A stretch of DNA of 32,000 nucleotides from Candidatus Saccharimonadota bacterium (GTDB taxonomy: Bacteria > Pseudomonadota > Alphaproteobacteria > Rickettsiales > Anaplasmataceae). The stretch's first letter is position 1; every line of letters starts with the position of its first letter. Shown here one piece after another: positions 8,928-21,200 of this stretch. The position numbers and the translations under genes are program-made. Location: contig NZ_CP046579.1 of assembly GCF_013365475.1 (NCBI RefSeq), positions 831,989 to 863,988 on the forward strand, in the 5' to 3' direction. A model generated the notes under the pieces. The model was not told where the DNA came from. It ran no database searches and saw only the letters and a list, made by a program, of their open reading frames with translations.

Positions 8928-10124
8928 TTAACACGATGTTGACTTTAGTGCAGTGATCCCAGGCATTTCATTGCCACTCAGCCAGCTTAAAAAAGCTCCA
9001 CCACCAGTTGAAACGTACGTAAAGTCTCTATCAGTAAAGCCTACAGCATTCATCGCAGATAGGCTATCCCCTCCTCCTATCACACTAACTAATTTCTTCT
9101 GATATGTTAAATTACTCACTATTTTCATCACTTCTGCTGTGCCTTTTAAGAAAGCTGAATGCTCAAATGCACCAATAGGACCATTCCATAGCAAAGTTTT
9201 ACTCCTTGCTATTACATTACTTATTGTACTCAAAGTTTGAGGTCCTATATCCAAAATTATATCATCATCTAAAATGGATTCACTTTTTCTTAAAAAGCCA
9301 ATGCTGTAATCAGAGTTTATTGCAACTAGAACATCACTAGGTATAATTATTTTACAATTATTTTTATTTGCCGCATTAATAATGCTACATAGAAGATTAT
9401 CAACATTGCTCTGAAAAAAAGATTTCCCAACATTTATTCCATTAAACAATAAAAAATTATTAGCAATTGCTCCACTAATAACTAGATAATCAACTCTTTC
9501 CGCTAATTTCAGAAGCATTTTTGTTTTAGTTGACACTTTATCTCCTCCAACTATCGCAGTGACAGGTTTAGTATCAAACAATATGACTCTTTCAAGATAC
9601 TTTAACTCATTTTGCAAGCAAAATCCTGCATAAGAAGGCAAGAATTTTGTAATGCATGAAACAGAAGCATGAGACCTATGAGAACAAGAAAATGCATCAT
9701 TCACATATATATCTGCTAGAGATGCCAATTGTTTAGCAAAATTTGAGTCGTTCTTTTCTTCTTCTTTATAAAACCTCAAATTTTCCAGCAATACTACATC
9801 TCCTCCATTCATTGATCTTACTTCTCTCTGCACTCTCTGACCAATACAGCTATCAATAAACTTAACCTCCTTTTTTAACAACCATGACAATATTCCAACT
9901 ATATTTCTTAGTGATAGATTGTTGTCTTCAGTTTTTGGATGTCCAAGGTGTGATATAATAACGATTTTTGCATCCGCATTTGTCAAGTATTGAATAGTAG
10001 GTATCGCTCTTAGAATACGAGTGGTATCATGAACCTCTCCGTTTTTTATAGGAACATTGAAATCAACCCTGAGTAAGACAACCTTATCTTGAAAATTACA
10101 ATTCTCTATGCTAGGTAGACTCAT
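8928..10124 (-). CDS. pgk: Phosphoglycerate kinase
   Basis: This is a 398 aa ORF. It carries VLLRVDFNVP, RIRAAIPTI-like TRILRAIPTIQYL, VIISHLGHPK, and the C-terminal STGGGAFLSWLSG. Confidence 0.95.
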   Translation of the reverse strand: MSLPSIENCNFQDKVVLLRVDFNVPIKNGEVHDTTRILRAIPTIQYLTNADAKIVIISHLGHPKTEDNNLSLRNIVGILSWLLKKEVKFIDSCIGQRVQREVRSMNGGDVVLLENLRFYKEEEKNDSNFAKQLASLADIYVNDAFSCSHRSHASVSCITKFLPSYAGFCLQNELKYLERVILFDTKPVTAIVGGDKVSTKTKMLLKLAERVDYLVISGAIANNFLLFNGINVGKSFFQSNVDNLLCSIINAANKNNCKIIIPSDVLVAINSDYSIGFLRKSESILDDDIILDIGPQTLSTISNVIARSKTLLWNGPIGAFEHSAFLKGTAEVMKIVSNLTYQKKLVSVIGGGDSLSAMNAVGFTDRDFTYVSTGGGAFLSWLSGNEMPGITALKSTSC

Positions 10125-10175
10125 ATAAAACTAAAGACGTAAAGCTACTATACAGCTAGACTAGTTCAAAGTAAA

Positions 10176-11186
10176 TCACTTTCCCTTCTTATAAAATCCC
10201 CTTGAAGTTGAATATTGAAAATTAATTGGAGAATTGTGAATCACTTTATATATATCATAACAAGCCATAGTGCTTTCAGCAAAACCATTTAATATCAACT
10301 TTAGTTTTCCCAAATAAGTAGCTATATCACCGATTGCATATATCCTATCTCTATTAGTCCTAAGTGTAGTCTGGTCAACAACTATTCTGCTATGCTCCAA
10401 TTTTAATCCCCAATTATTTATTGGACCCAAATTCATTGAGAGGCCAAAAAACGGCAGTAAAAAATCAGCGTGTATGCCTTTTTCTTCCATAGAAGTAATA
10501 TTTTTTACTATTACTGCACTTAATTGTCCATTATCTCCAGTCAATTTACATAGTTGATATGGTGTTACAAGTTCTACTTTCCCATTGCTTTCAAGTAATT
10601 CTAATTTATTCCTAGTTTCGGGTGTACAACGAAATTCTTTTCTTCTGTGTATTACATAAATTTTTTTTGCAACTTTAGAAAGTTCTATAGTCCAATCAGC
10701 TGCTGAATCTCCTCCCCCAGTAATGACTACAGTCTTATCCTGAAAATCAGAAATTTTATTTATGCTATAAAACACAGACTTATTTTCATACTCTAATATA
10801 CCCATAACAGGTGGACGGTTAGGTTCAAACACTCCATTACCTGCAGCAATGATAACGACTTTACATTTCACCTTCATACCTGTACTTGTTATCACAGTAA
10901 AACTTTGATTATCGATATTTAATATTTTCTCTGCCCTTTGACTTAAATGGTAAACAGGCTCAAATGGTAAAGCCTGTTCCATTAATTGTTCAATTAGTTT
11001 TTTTGCAGTAATGACAGGATAACCAGGTATATCATATATCGACTTTTCTGGGTAAAGCGCAGTACACTGTCCTCCTACTTGATCCAAAATATCTATTATA
11101 TGACATCTCATATCAAGCATTCCAGCTTGAAAAGCAGTAAATATTCCAACAGGACCTGCACCTACTACTACTATGTCAGTTTCCAC
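10176..11186 (-). CDS. Thioredoxin-reductase-type ferredoxin--NADP(+) reductase (FAD/NAD(P)-binding oxidoreductase)
   Basis: This is a 336 aa ORF. It has the FAD motif VVVGAGPVGIFTAFQAG, GGQCTALYPEKSIYDIPGYP, a second dinucleotide fold VVITGGGDSAADW, and YAIGDIATY. No CxxC redox pair is present, which fits the FNR subgroup better than TrxB. Confidence 0.8.
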   Translation of the reverse strand: METDIVVVGAGPVGIFTAFQAGMLDMRCHIIDILDQVGGQCTALYPEKSIYDIPGYPVITAKKLIEQLMEQALPFEPVYHLSQRAEKILNIDNQSFTVITSTGMKVKCKVVIIAAGNGVFEPNRPPVMGILEYENKSVFYSINKISDFQDKTVVITGGGDSAADWTIELSKVAKKIYVIHRRKEFRCTPETRNKLELLESNGKVELVTPYQLCKLTGDNGQLSAVIVKNITSMEEKGIHADFLLPFFGLSMNLGPINNWGLKLEHSRIVVDQTTLRTNRDRIYAIGDIATYLGKLKLILNGFAESTMACYDIYKVIHNSPINFQYSTSRGFYKKGK

Positions 11187-12159
11187 GGTTTCTATTTAAG
11201 CAACAACTTGTCTAGATATTAATTAGCCTTGTTAATAAGGTCAATTTATGTAGAGATGAAGTTTAAAATGTATAAGTAGCACTCTTTCATAACATTAGTA
11301 AATCCTTGTTTCTAGTATGAGGGGAAATAGATGAAAAACAAACCTAGTTTAGCTTTACATTCAAGAGTACTCGGAAAATAAATTGATACATATGCAAGTA
11401 AGAAAACAAACATGTGAATTAAAGAACTACAATCATAATAAGAATCCAGTAAATACTGTGATACTTTAGATAGAATGACAATAACTAGCATACTGAATAT
11501 CGATTATTTAGAGTAATGACGTCTAACATATACTTGCTAAGTTAGTAATAAAGAAATCTGAAACTTGCATTTTTAAATTTCCAATTATGGAATGAGAAAG
11601 AATTAGAACTCTTAAAGAAGTTACAGAAAATTATAAATATTACTAAGTTTACAAATAAAACCTTAAGCTTCTCCTAAAAAGGACTCACAGAAATGAAACA
11701 TTTAATAAAGCATTCAGAACAAAACACATCTAACTTTAAAGGAAAATACAATTTTGTGCCTCAAGTTAGACAATTAGGCTTTCAATATTCTCAGGTTTTA
11801 TAAAAGGTTTTGAATAACAATGACTTTCTTTTTAAGACTTTGCCAAAAGTATACTATCTCATATTTCTCTTCTCTTGATTGAAACCTATTACGTTAGAAT
11901 TAGTTTTCTTTAAAGTCATAGAAATAGAACTATAAATTAGTTAAAAACTTCTAACACATTTTCGTAGTTTCAAACCTTTACTGATTATTGTTCTTCTTTA
12001 TAAGAAATTCATCATATTTAAAATCATAAACTATGCACATTAGTTTAGTGTAAAAAAATCAGGTAGCACTTTTATTTCTAGCATTATCTCACAATCTTAT
12101 AAAACAGCTAAAGTTACTATTTTTTTTCACCTTTTAGCAAATGTCTAGCTATCTATTTG

Positions 12160-12801
12160 CTACTTTCCAATCCAGTCCCTTTCAAATATTGCAAGCCCTT
12201 GATCTGTAAGTGGATGGTTAAGCAATTGCTTAAGCACTTTTGCTGGCACAGTAATTGAATCAGCACCAAGCTTTGCAGCTTCTATCACATGCGCAGAGCT
12301 TCTTACTGATGCAACAAGAATTTTAGTATTAAAAGAGTAGTTAGAATATATAGTACATATATCTCTTATTAAGAAGAGACCACCATAATTTATATCATCA
12401 AGACGACCAACAAAAGGAGAAATAAAACAAGCACCGGCCTTAGCGGCAAGCAGTGCTTGTCCAGGAGAAAAACACAGCGTAATATTAACAGGTATTTTAT
12501 GATCTGTCCATAACTTTTTACAAGAAATCAAACCTTCATGTGTGAGAGGCAATTTTACCACAACATTACTAGAAATTTTTGCTAACTTGAGCCCCTCTGC
12601 AATCATTTCTTTATAACTATTCGCAATAACCTCAACGCTAACTGGTCCCTTTACAATAGAGCATATCTCGCTTATTAAGCTTTCGTATTCATCTTTACGA
12701 TCAGACTTTGCTATTAAAGAAGGATTGGTTGTTATACCATCAATGAATTCCTTTAGCTCTTCAATTTCACTTAAATCAACACTATCAAGAAAGATTTCCA
12801 T
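12160..12801 (-). CDS. tal: Short-type transaldolase / fructose-6-phosphate aldolase family
   Basis: This is a 213 aa ORF. It carries MEIFLDSVDLSEI, GITTNPSLIAK, VVKLP.T.EGL, NITLCFS..QALLAAKAGA.FISPFVGRLDD. Confidence 0.85.
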   Translation of the reverse strand: MEIFLDSVDLSEIEELKEFIDGITTNPSLIAKSDRKDEYESLISEICSIVKGPVSVEVIANSYKEMIAEGLKLAKISSNVVVKLPLTHEGLISCKKLWTDHKIPVNITLCFSPGQALLAAKAGACFISPFVGRLDDINYGGLFLIRDICTIYSNYSFNTKILVASVRSSAHVIEAAKLGADSITVPAKVLKQLLNHPLTDQGLAIFERDWIGK

Positions 12802-12841
12802 AATATCTTATTATAAGATAAAATTTATTAATTAAGATAAT

Positions 12842-13171
12842 TTATTTATATATCTGCATTTTGCTTTTTAGATGCTTCTCATCATGAATTGTAGAATTGA
12901 AAACTTGAACCTGACTTGCCATGATAACACAACTATTATTTATAACTTCCAGTATACCATTACTAATCACAACCTTTTCCTCCTTTCGTTTACTTATTTT
13001 AATAGTGATTATACCTGCTAATAAATAGATTAAGTAAGGAGAATGATGAGCTAAAATCATAAATTCACCCTCTAATCCTTTCATTGAAAGAGAAACTACT
13101 TTGTCAAAAGAAACTTGATTATCAGGAGAGAAAAACTCCACTTTAAAGGTATTCATAATTTCCGTCTGCAA
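12842..13171 (-). CDS. atpC: F0F1 ATP synthase subunit epsilon
   Basis: It lies directly downstream of atpD. The protein is beta-sandwich-like: FKVEFFSPDNQVSFDKVVSLSMKGLEGEFMILAHHSPYL. The start is either TTG 13171 or ATG 13156. Confidence 0.85.
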   Translation of the reverse strand: MQTEIMNTFKVEFFSPDNQVSFDKVVSLSMKGLEGEFMILAHHSPYLIYLLAGIITIKISKRKEEKVVISNGILEVINNSCVIMASQVQVFNSTIHDEKHLKSKMQIYK

Positions 13172-13178
13172 CTTTAGT

Positions 13179-14687
<1,509 letters not shown>

Positions 14688-14699
14688 TTAAAACGTTTT

Positions 14700-15791
14700 C
14701 TAATCATGTTTTATTATAAATAAAGCAAAAGCGTTTAATAGCCAAGTAATAATAAATAGCACTAAACTAAGTGCATAAGCAGCAAGCGTTTGTACACTAC
14801 TGAAATCCTGGTCTCCAGTAAGTAGTGTAGCTACCTGTACAGTAATAGTAGTAACTGAGTTAAGAGGATTAAAAGTTAAGTTTGAGTTAATCCCTACAGC
14901 CATTAGTACTATCATAGTCTCACCTATTACTCTCGAAACTGACAATAGAATTGCACTTAAGATTGTAGGCATTGCATATGGTATTGTTATGTGCCATATA
15001 GTTTCTGCTGGAGTAGCTCCTAATGCCATAAAGCCATAGCGTAAATTCTTTGGAACAGACCTAATTGCGTCTTCTAATAAAGAGATAATAAAAGGAAGAA
15101 TCATTACTCCTATTGACAAACCAGCAACTAATGCGCTTTCTGAGTGTATACTCAGACCAAAAATACCTGCTATTTGTTTTGCAGAAGAAGATAAAAACAC
15201 AACTGAAAAATACCCATATACAACTGTAGGAATAGCAGATAAAACCTGCAAAGTTGTATTGACAATATAACGTACTTTCTCACTTGCATACTCACTAATA
15301 TATATTGCAGAAAGTAAACCAAGCGGAATAGCAACCAACATCCCTACAATGGTTATAACTAGTGTGCCAACCAAAAGGGGTGCTATACCGAAACATCCTA
15401 TTTTTTCTCCATTGATAGTCACTACACTATGACTCCATTTTAAGCAGAACAAAAATTCTGAAATAGATATTTCTCTAAAAAAACTAATAGATTTAGTAAG
15501 AATAGATAGCATTATAAGCAAAGTGACAAAAAATGATATGGCAAGAGCCATAAATAATAGAAAGCTGATTATCTTATCTGATCTAAAGGTGAAAACAAAT
15601 ACAAGAAAAAGTAACGCTATAGCAATAGAAGTTACAAAGCAGTTACTACAAAGTATCAATGACAAAATCAACAGCCATATACAACTAAGGTATAAGTAAG
15701 CTTTAACTTTATCTACTTTCTGAAACTTACTAAGGTAAAACGAAAGAACTGGCAGTGCAGATATGAAAAGAATTATTGTCAAAGAATTCAT
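14700..15791 (-). CDS. pstC: Phosphate ABC transporter permease (PstC-like)
   Basis: This is a 363 aa ORF. It carries GIAPLLVGTLVITIVGMLVAIPLGLLSAIYISEYA, LSAIPTVVYGYF, and the EAA-loop-like LRYGFMALGATPAETIWHITIPYAMP...RVIGETMIVL. No pstS, pstA or pstB lies adjacent. Confidence 0.75.
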   Translation of the reverse strand: MNSLTIILFISALPVLSFYLSKFQKVDKVKAYLYLSCIWLLILSLILCSNCFVTSIAIALLFLVFVFTFRSDKIISFLLFMALAISFFVTLLIMLSILTKSISFFREISISEFLFCLKWSHSVVTINGEKIGCFGIAPLLVGTLVITIVGMLVAIPLGLLSAIYISEYASEKVRYIVNTTLQVLSAIPTVVYGYFSVVFLSSSAKQIAGIFGLSIHSESALVAGLSIGVMILPFIISLLEDAIRSVPKNLRYGFMALGATPAETIWHITIPYAMPTILSAILLSVSRVIGETMIVLMAVGINSNLTFNPLNSVTTITVQVATLLTGDQDFSSVQTLAAYALSLVLFIITWLLNAFALFIIKHD

Positions 15792-15863
15792 CTACTCATA
15801 TTTTAACCTTATTTTATAATAACAACCCTTAAGGGTACTTAGTATACATAATGAAAACACTAT

Positions 15864-15891
15864 TTGACAATAAAGTAAAACAAGGTAAAAT
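15864..15891 (+). promoter_or_regulatory. Putative sigma70-type promoter for rpmH-rnpA
   Basis: TTGACA (15864-15869) is followed by a 16 nt spacer and TAAAAT (15886-15891). It lies about 20 nt upstream of the rpmH ATG. This is a motif-only call. Confidence 0.35.
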
Positions 15892-15910
15892 AAATATATT
15901 TGCAAAAACA

Positions 15911-16045
15911 ATGAAAAGAACATTTCAGCCAAAAAATCTGATAAAGAAACGCAGGCATGGCTTTCGTTCACGGATGGCAACAAAAGCCGGAAGAAAAATA
16001 CTCAATAGGCGTCGCTTACTAAGGTGCAAAAGATTATGTGCATAG
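15911..16045 (+). CDS. rpmH: 50S ribosomal protein L34
   Basis: [44 protein letters not shown] (44 aa) is the canonical L34 sequence. The ORF-track start at 15851 is an upstream extension. Confidence 0.95.
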   Translation: MKRTFQPKNLIKKRRHGFRSRMATKAGRKILNRRRLLRCKRLCA

Positions 16046-16436
16046 TTAAGTTAACAAGTATAAAAAAAAAGACTTCTCGTTTGCTTTTAGAAATAAGCTA
16101 TCACCTAGCAGTTCCTTTTATCACGGGTTTTATATATCATTATATTCAGTAAAAGAAAAAGAACCTGAAAAGTATATTTACTTTATTAGAACAGGTCTAG
16201 TTATCAATAAAAAAGCTGGGAAGGCAGCAAAAAGAAATAAAATCAAAAGGAGATTACGAATGCTTATTAGAGATAACATCTTAAATCCAGATAATATCGG
16301 ATACTACTATATAATAATAGCACACAAAAACATTGTGCAAGCAAGCTATAAAAGCTTACAGAAAGATCTGATCGTTTGCTTTAATAAAATTAAAAAACCT
16401 CAATTAAGGTATTTACAATTATATTATTTACGATAA
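16036..16436 (+). CDS. rnpA: Ribonuclease P protein component, with its reading frame interrupted at an A9 tract (frameshift, slippage site, or sequencing error)
   Basis: The ATG at 16036 opens [12 protein letters not shown] in one frame. After the A9 run (16062-16070) the RnpA-like sequence continues in the -1 frame to the TAA at 16434-16436: [29 protein letters not shown]...[29 protein letters not shown]...IIIAHKN. The KKAG.AV.RN.IKRRLR motif is diagnostic, and the position right after rpmH is the conserved arrangement. Confidence 0.75.
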
Positions 16437-16475
16437 TATAAGTAAAGTTTTTAAAAAAGTTAATGGGTACGATAA

Positions 16476-16736
16476 ATGGTCGAGTACATAAAAGAGGTAA
16501 GCAACATAGGCTTTGGTAAGATGTATCAATCTCTATTTCTCCCTAAAGGGACAGGAACAGATTGGAGATCAGCATTCCGTCAGCAAGAAGAATTATTAAA
16601 AAAAGCAGTAGGTAATATAACACCATCAGGAACTAATGATCCATTGCTAAAAGGTGGCAAATTGGAAAAGGTAAGAACAATACTAGATGATATAGAAAAA
16701 GACCAAGGATGCATGAAAATAAGGGGGTTATGGTAA
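16476..16736 (+). CDS. Hypothetical protein (orphan 86 aa ORF)
   Basis: The only evidence is an open frame with an ATG. The protein is hydrophilic and charged, with no motif I recognise and no clear Shine-Dalgarno sequence. Confidence 0.25.
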   Translation: MVEYIKEVSNIGFGKMYQSLFLPKGTGTDWRSAFRQQEELLKKAVGNITPSGTNDPLLKGGKLEKVRTILDDIEKDQGCMKIRGLW

Positions 16737-16809
16737 AAGCATTCTATTGCTTATATATGTTACTTACATAATTTATAGCTAATAATAATCAATAAAAAAA
16801 CTTTTATAA

Positions 16810-16918
16810 ACTTGGCAGCGACCTACTCTCCCTTTTCAAGTACCATCAGCGCTAAAAAGCTTAACTTCCGAGTTCGGAATGAGATCGGGTGTTTCATTTT
16901 TGCTATAGCCACCAAGTC
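16810..16918 (-). rRNA. rrf: 5S ribosomal RNA
   Basis: The minus strand reads ACTTGGTGGCTATAGC...CCCGATCTCATTCCGAACTCGGAAGTTAAGC...GATGGTACT...GAGAGTAGGTCGCTGCCAAGT. It has the conserved CCGAAC and GAGAGTAGG blocks and a terminal helix. The ends are good to about 3 nt. Confidence 0.9.
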
Positions 16919-16973
16919 AATAAAAATTACAAATTTAACTTAATATTTAACACTGCATATGCACATATAGAAA

Positions 16974-19757
<2,784 letters not shown>

Positions 19758-19813
19758 ACTCGACTATATGTAGAATATGCAGAGTTAAATATTATTCAAA
19801 TTGAATTGAGATT

Positions 19814-19842
19814 AAATTAATCTCTACCGTAAAACTTGTCAA
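19814..19842 (-). promoter_or_regulatory. Putative proximal promoter (P2) of the 23S-5S operon
   Basis: On the minus strand, TTGACA (19842-19837) is followed by a 17 nt spacer and TAATTT (19819-19814). It lies about 55 nt upstream of the mature 23S 5' end. Confidence 0.3.
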
Positions 19843-19870
19843 ACATCTAAAAAGCAAATTAACTTCTTAT

Positions 19871-19899
19871 ATACTAAGAACCGATAAGTAACATGTCAA
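19871..19899 (-). promoter_or_regulatory. Putative distal promoter (P1) of the 23S-5S operon
   Basis: On the minus strand, TTGACA (19899-19894) is followed by a 17 nt spacer and TAGTAT (19876-19871). It is preceded by an A-rich UP-like tract (TATAAAAAAACG). Confidence 0.4.
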
Positions 19900-20099
19900 C
19901 GTTTTTTTATACAGAATATTTACTTATATTGACGATAATATATACTTGTAATTCTAAATGATCGAAATTTATTTCTAGGTAAATGTTCAAGCAGATTCAC
20001 GAACAATAAAAATCAATGAAAAAAATATTTCATAATATAAAATACTTCAAAAATCAAGGCTACTTAAAAATAATAGTAAATATCTAAGGTATCTAAAGT

Positions 20100-21173
20100 A
20101 TGAAAGGTAATCTATCTTTTATAAATTTTATCTCAAGTTTTATATGTAAATTAATCAGTCTGCTTAATATTAAAAAAGCTAAGCAATTTGTTGTAAATAA
20201 ATATATAGCTTTTCATAAAGAAACAGCCTCACTTTTTGAAAAGTCAAAAAATCTACTAAACACTAACATTGAAATCGGTTTACATCACTTCTATAAGGGC
20301 AATATATCAGATGCAAAGCTCCGATTCCGCTTAATCAGTCTATTCTGTTCTAATTTACCTGTAGTTTGGTATAACATCGGAAGATGCCATTTTGCGATGG
20401 GAAATACTAATAAGGCTTATATTTATTTCACAAAGACATTGAAACTTGATAACAATTATGAAGAAGCATCATATTATATAAAAAAAATGACAAATTTAGC
20501 ACCTATTACAAAATTACCTAAAAGGCTTATCAAACAGTATTTTGATTATACTGGCAAGTATTTCGTTGAGCACTGGCTAATCGCTAAGCAATATAGGGGT
20601 CATGAACTTATATATACAGTAGTTATAAAAATCTTTAACAACCTGATCCCTACACTTAACATACTTGATCTTGGCTGCGGAACTGGAATATGTGGTCATT
20701 TTCTGAAAATACACAATATCGGAAGCTATATAATAGGAGTTGACATTTCAAATAGAATGCTAAATATTGCCAGGGGCTGTTTTATAAAAGGTAAACCTGT
20801 TTATAATGAGTTAATACATATGGAAATGACAGATTTTCTTAAGCAAGAAAGGAGCCACCTGTACGATATCATTATCTTTGCCGAGGTGCTGCACTATCTG
20901 CACAATTTTCAAGTTGAACTCGAACTAGCAAAAAGGTCTACAAGCAAAAAAGGAGTAATTATATGCTTGATAAGAAGAAAGGAAGGTGAAGGCATCGACT
21001 TTGTAAATAAAGGAGATTACTTCCGTCACTCAGAAAGTTATATACGGAGTGTTGCAAAAGAAGTAAGCATGCAAATAAGCTATATTAGCTATTGTAAAAT
21101 ATATGGAAGTCAGATTGATGGGATCCTATTTGCACTACAGCATTCACAAAAAAAACTAGAAAGTCTAACTTAA
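20100..21173 (+). CDS. TPR-repeat protein fused to a class I SAM-dependent methyltransferase domain
   Basis: This is a 357 aa ORF. The N-terminal half has TPR-like repeats (GNISDAKLRFRLI...WYNIGRCHFAMGNTNKAYIYFTKTLKLDNNYEEA). The C-terminal half has SAM motif I ILDLGCGTGICG, post-I IGVDIS..ML, and motif II-like YDIIIFAEVLHYL. Confidence 0.65.
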   Translation: MKGNLSFINFISSFICKLISLLNIKKAKQFVVNKYIAFHKETASLFEKSKNLLNTNIEIGLHHFYKGNISDAKLRFRLISLFCSNLPVVWYNIGRCHFAMGNTNKAYIYFTKTLKLDNNYEEASYYIKKMTNLAPITKLPKRLIKQYFDYTGKYFVEHWLIAKQYRGHELIYTVVIKIFNNLIPTLNILDLGCGTGICGHFLKIHNIGSYIIGVDISNRMLNIARGCFIKGKPVYNELIHMEMTDFLKQERSHLYDIIIFAEVLHYLHNFQVELELAKRSTSKKGVIICLIRRKEGEGIDFVNKGDYFRHSESYIRSVAKEVSMQISYISYCKIYGSQIDGILFALQHSQKKLESLT

Positions 21174-21200
21174 AAATCACTACTGCTTAAAGCAGTTTCT

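Noticed and set aside
15826-15835. A perfect GC-rich palindrome, CCCTTAAGGG, in the divergent pstC/rpmH intergenic region.
   Set aside because: It is a single 10 bp palindrome with no second copy and no match to a known operator such as a Pho box. It is too short to interpret.
21182-21200. A small hairpin, ACTGC-TTAAA-GCAGT followed by TTCT, between the methyltransferase stop and the nrdA start, considered as a terminator or attenuator.
   Set aside because: It has only a 5 bp stem with a weak T tail immediately before the nrdA ATG. That is insufficient to call a terminator.
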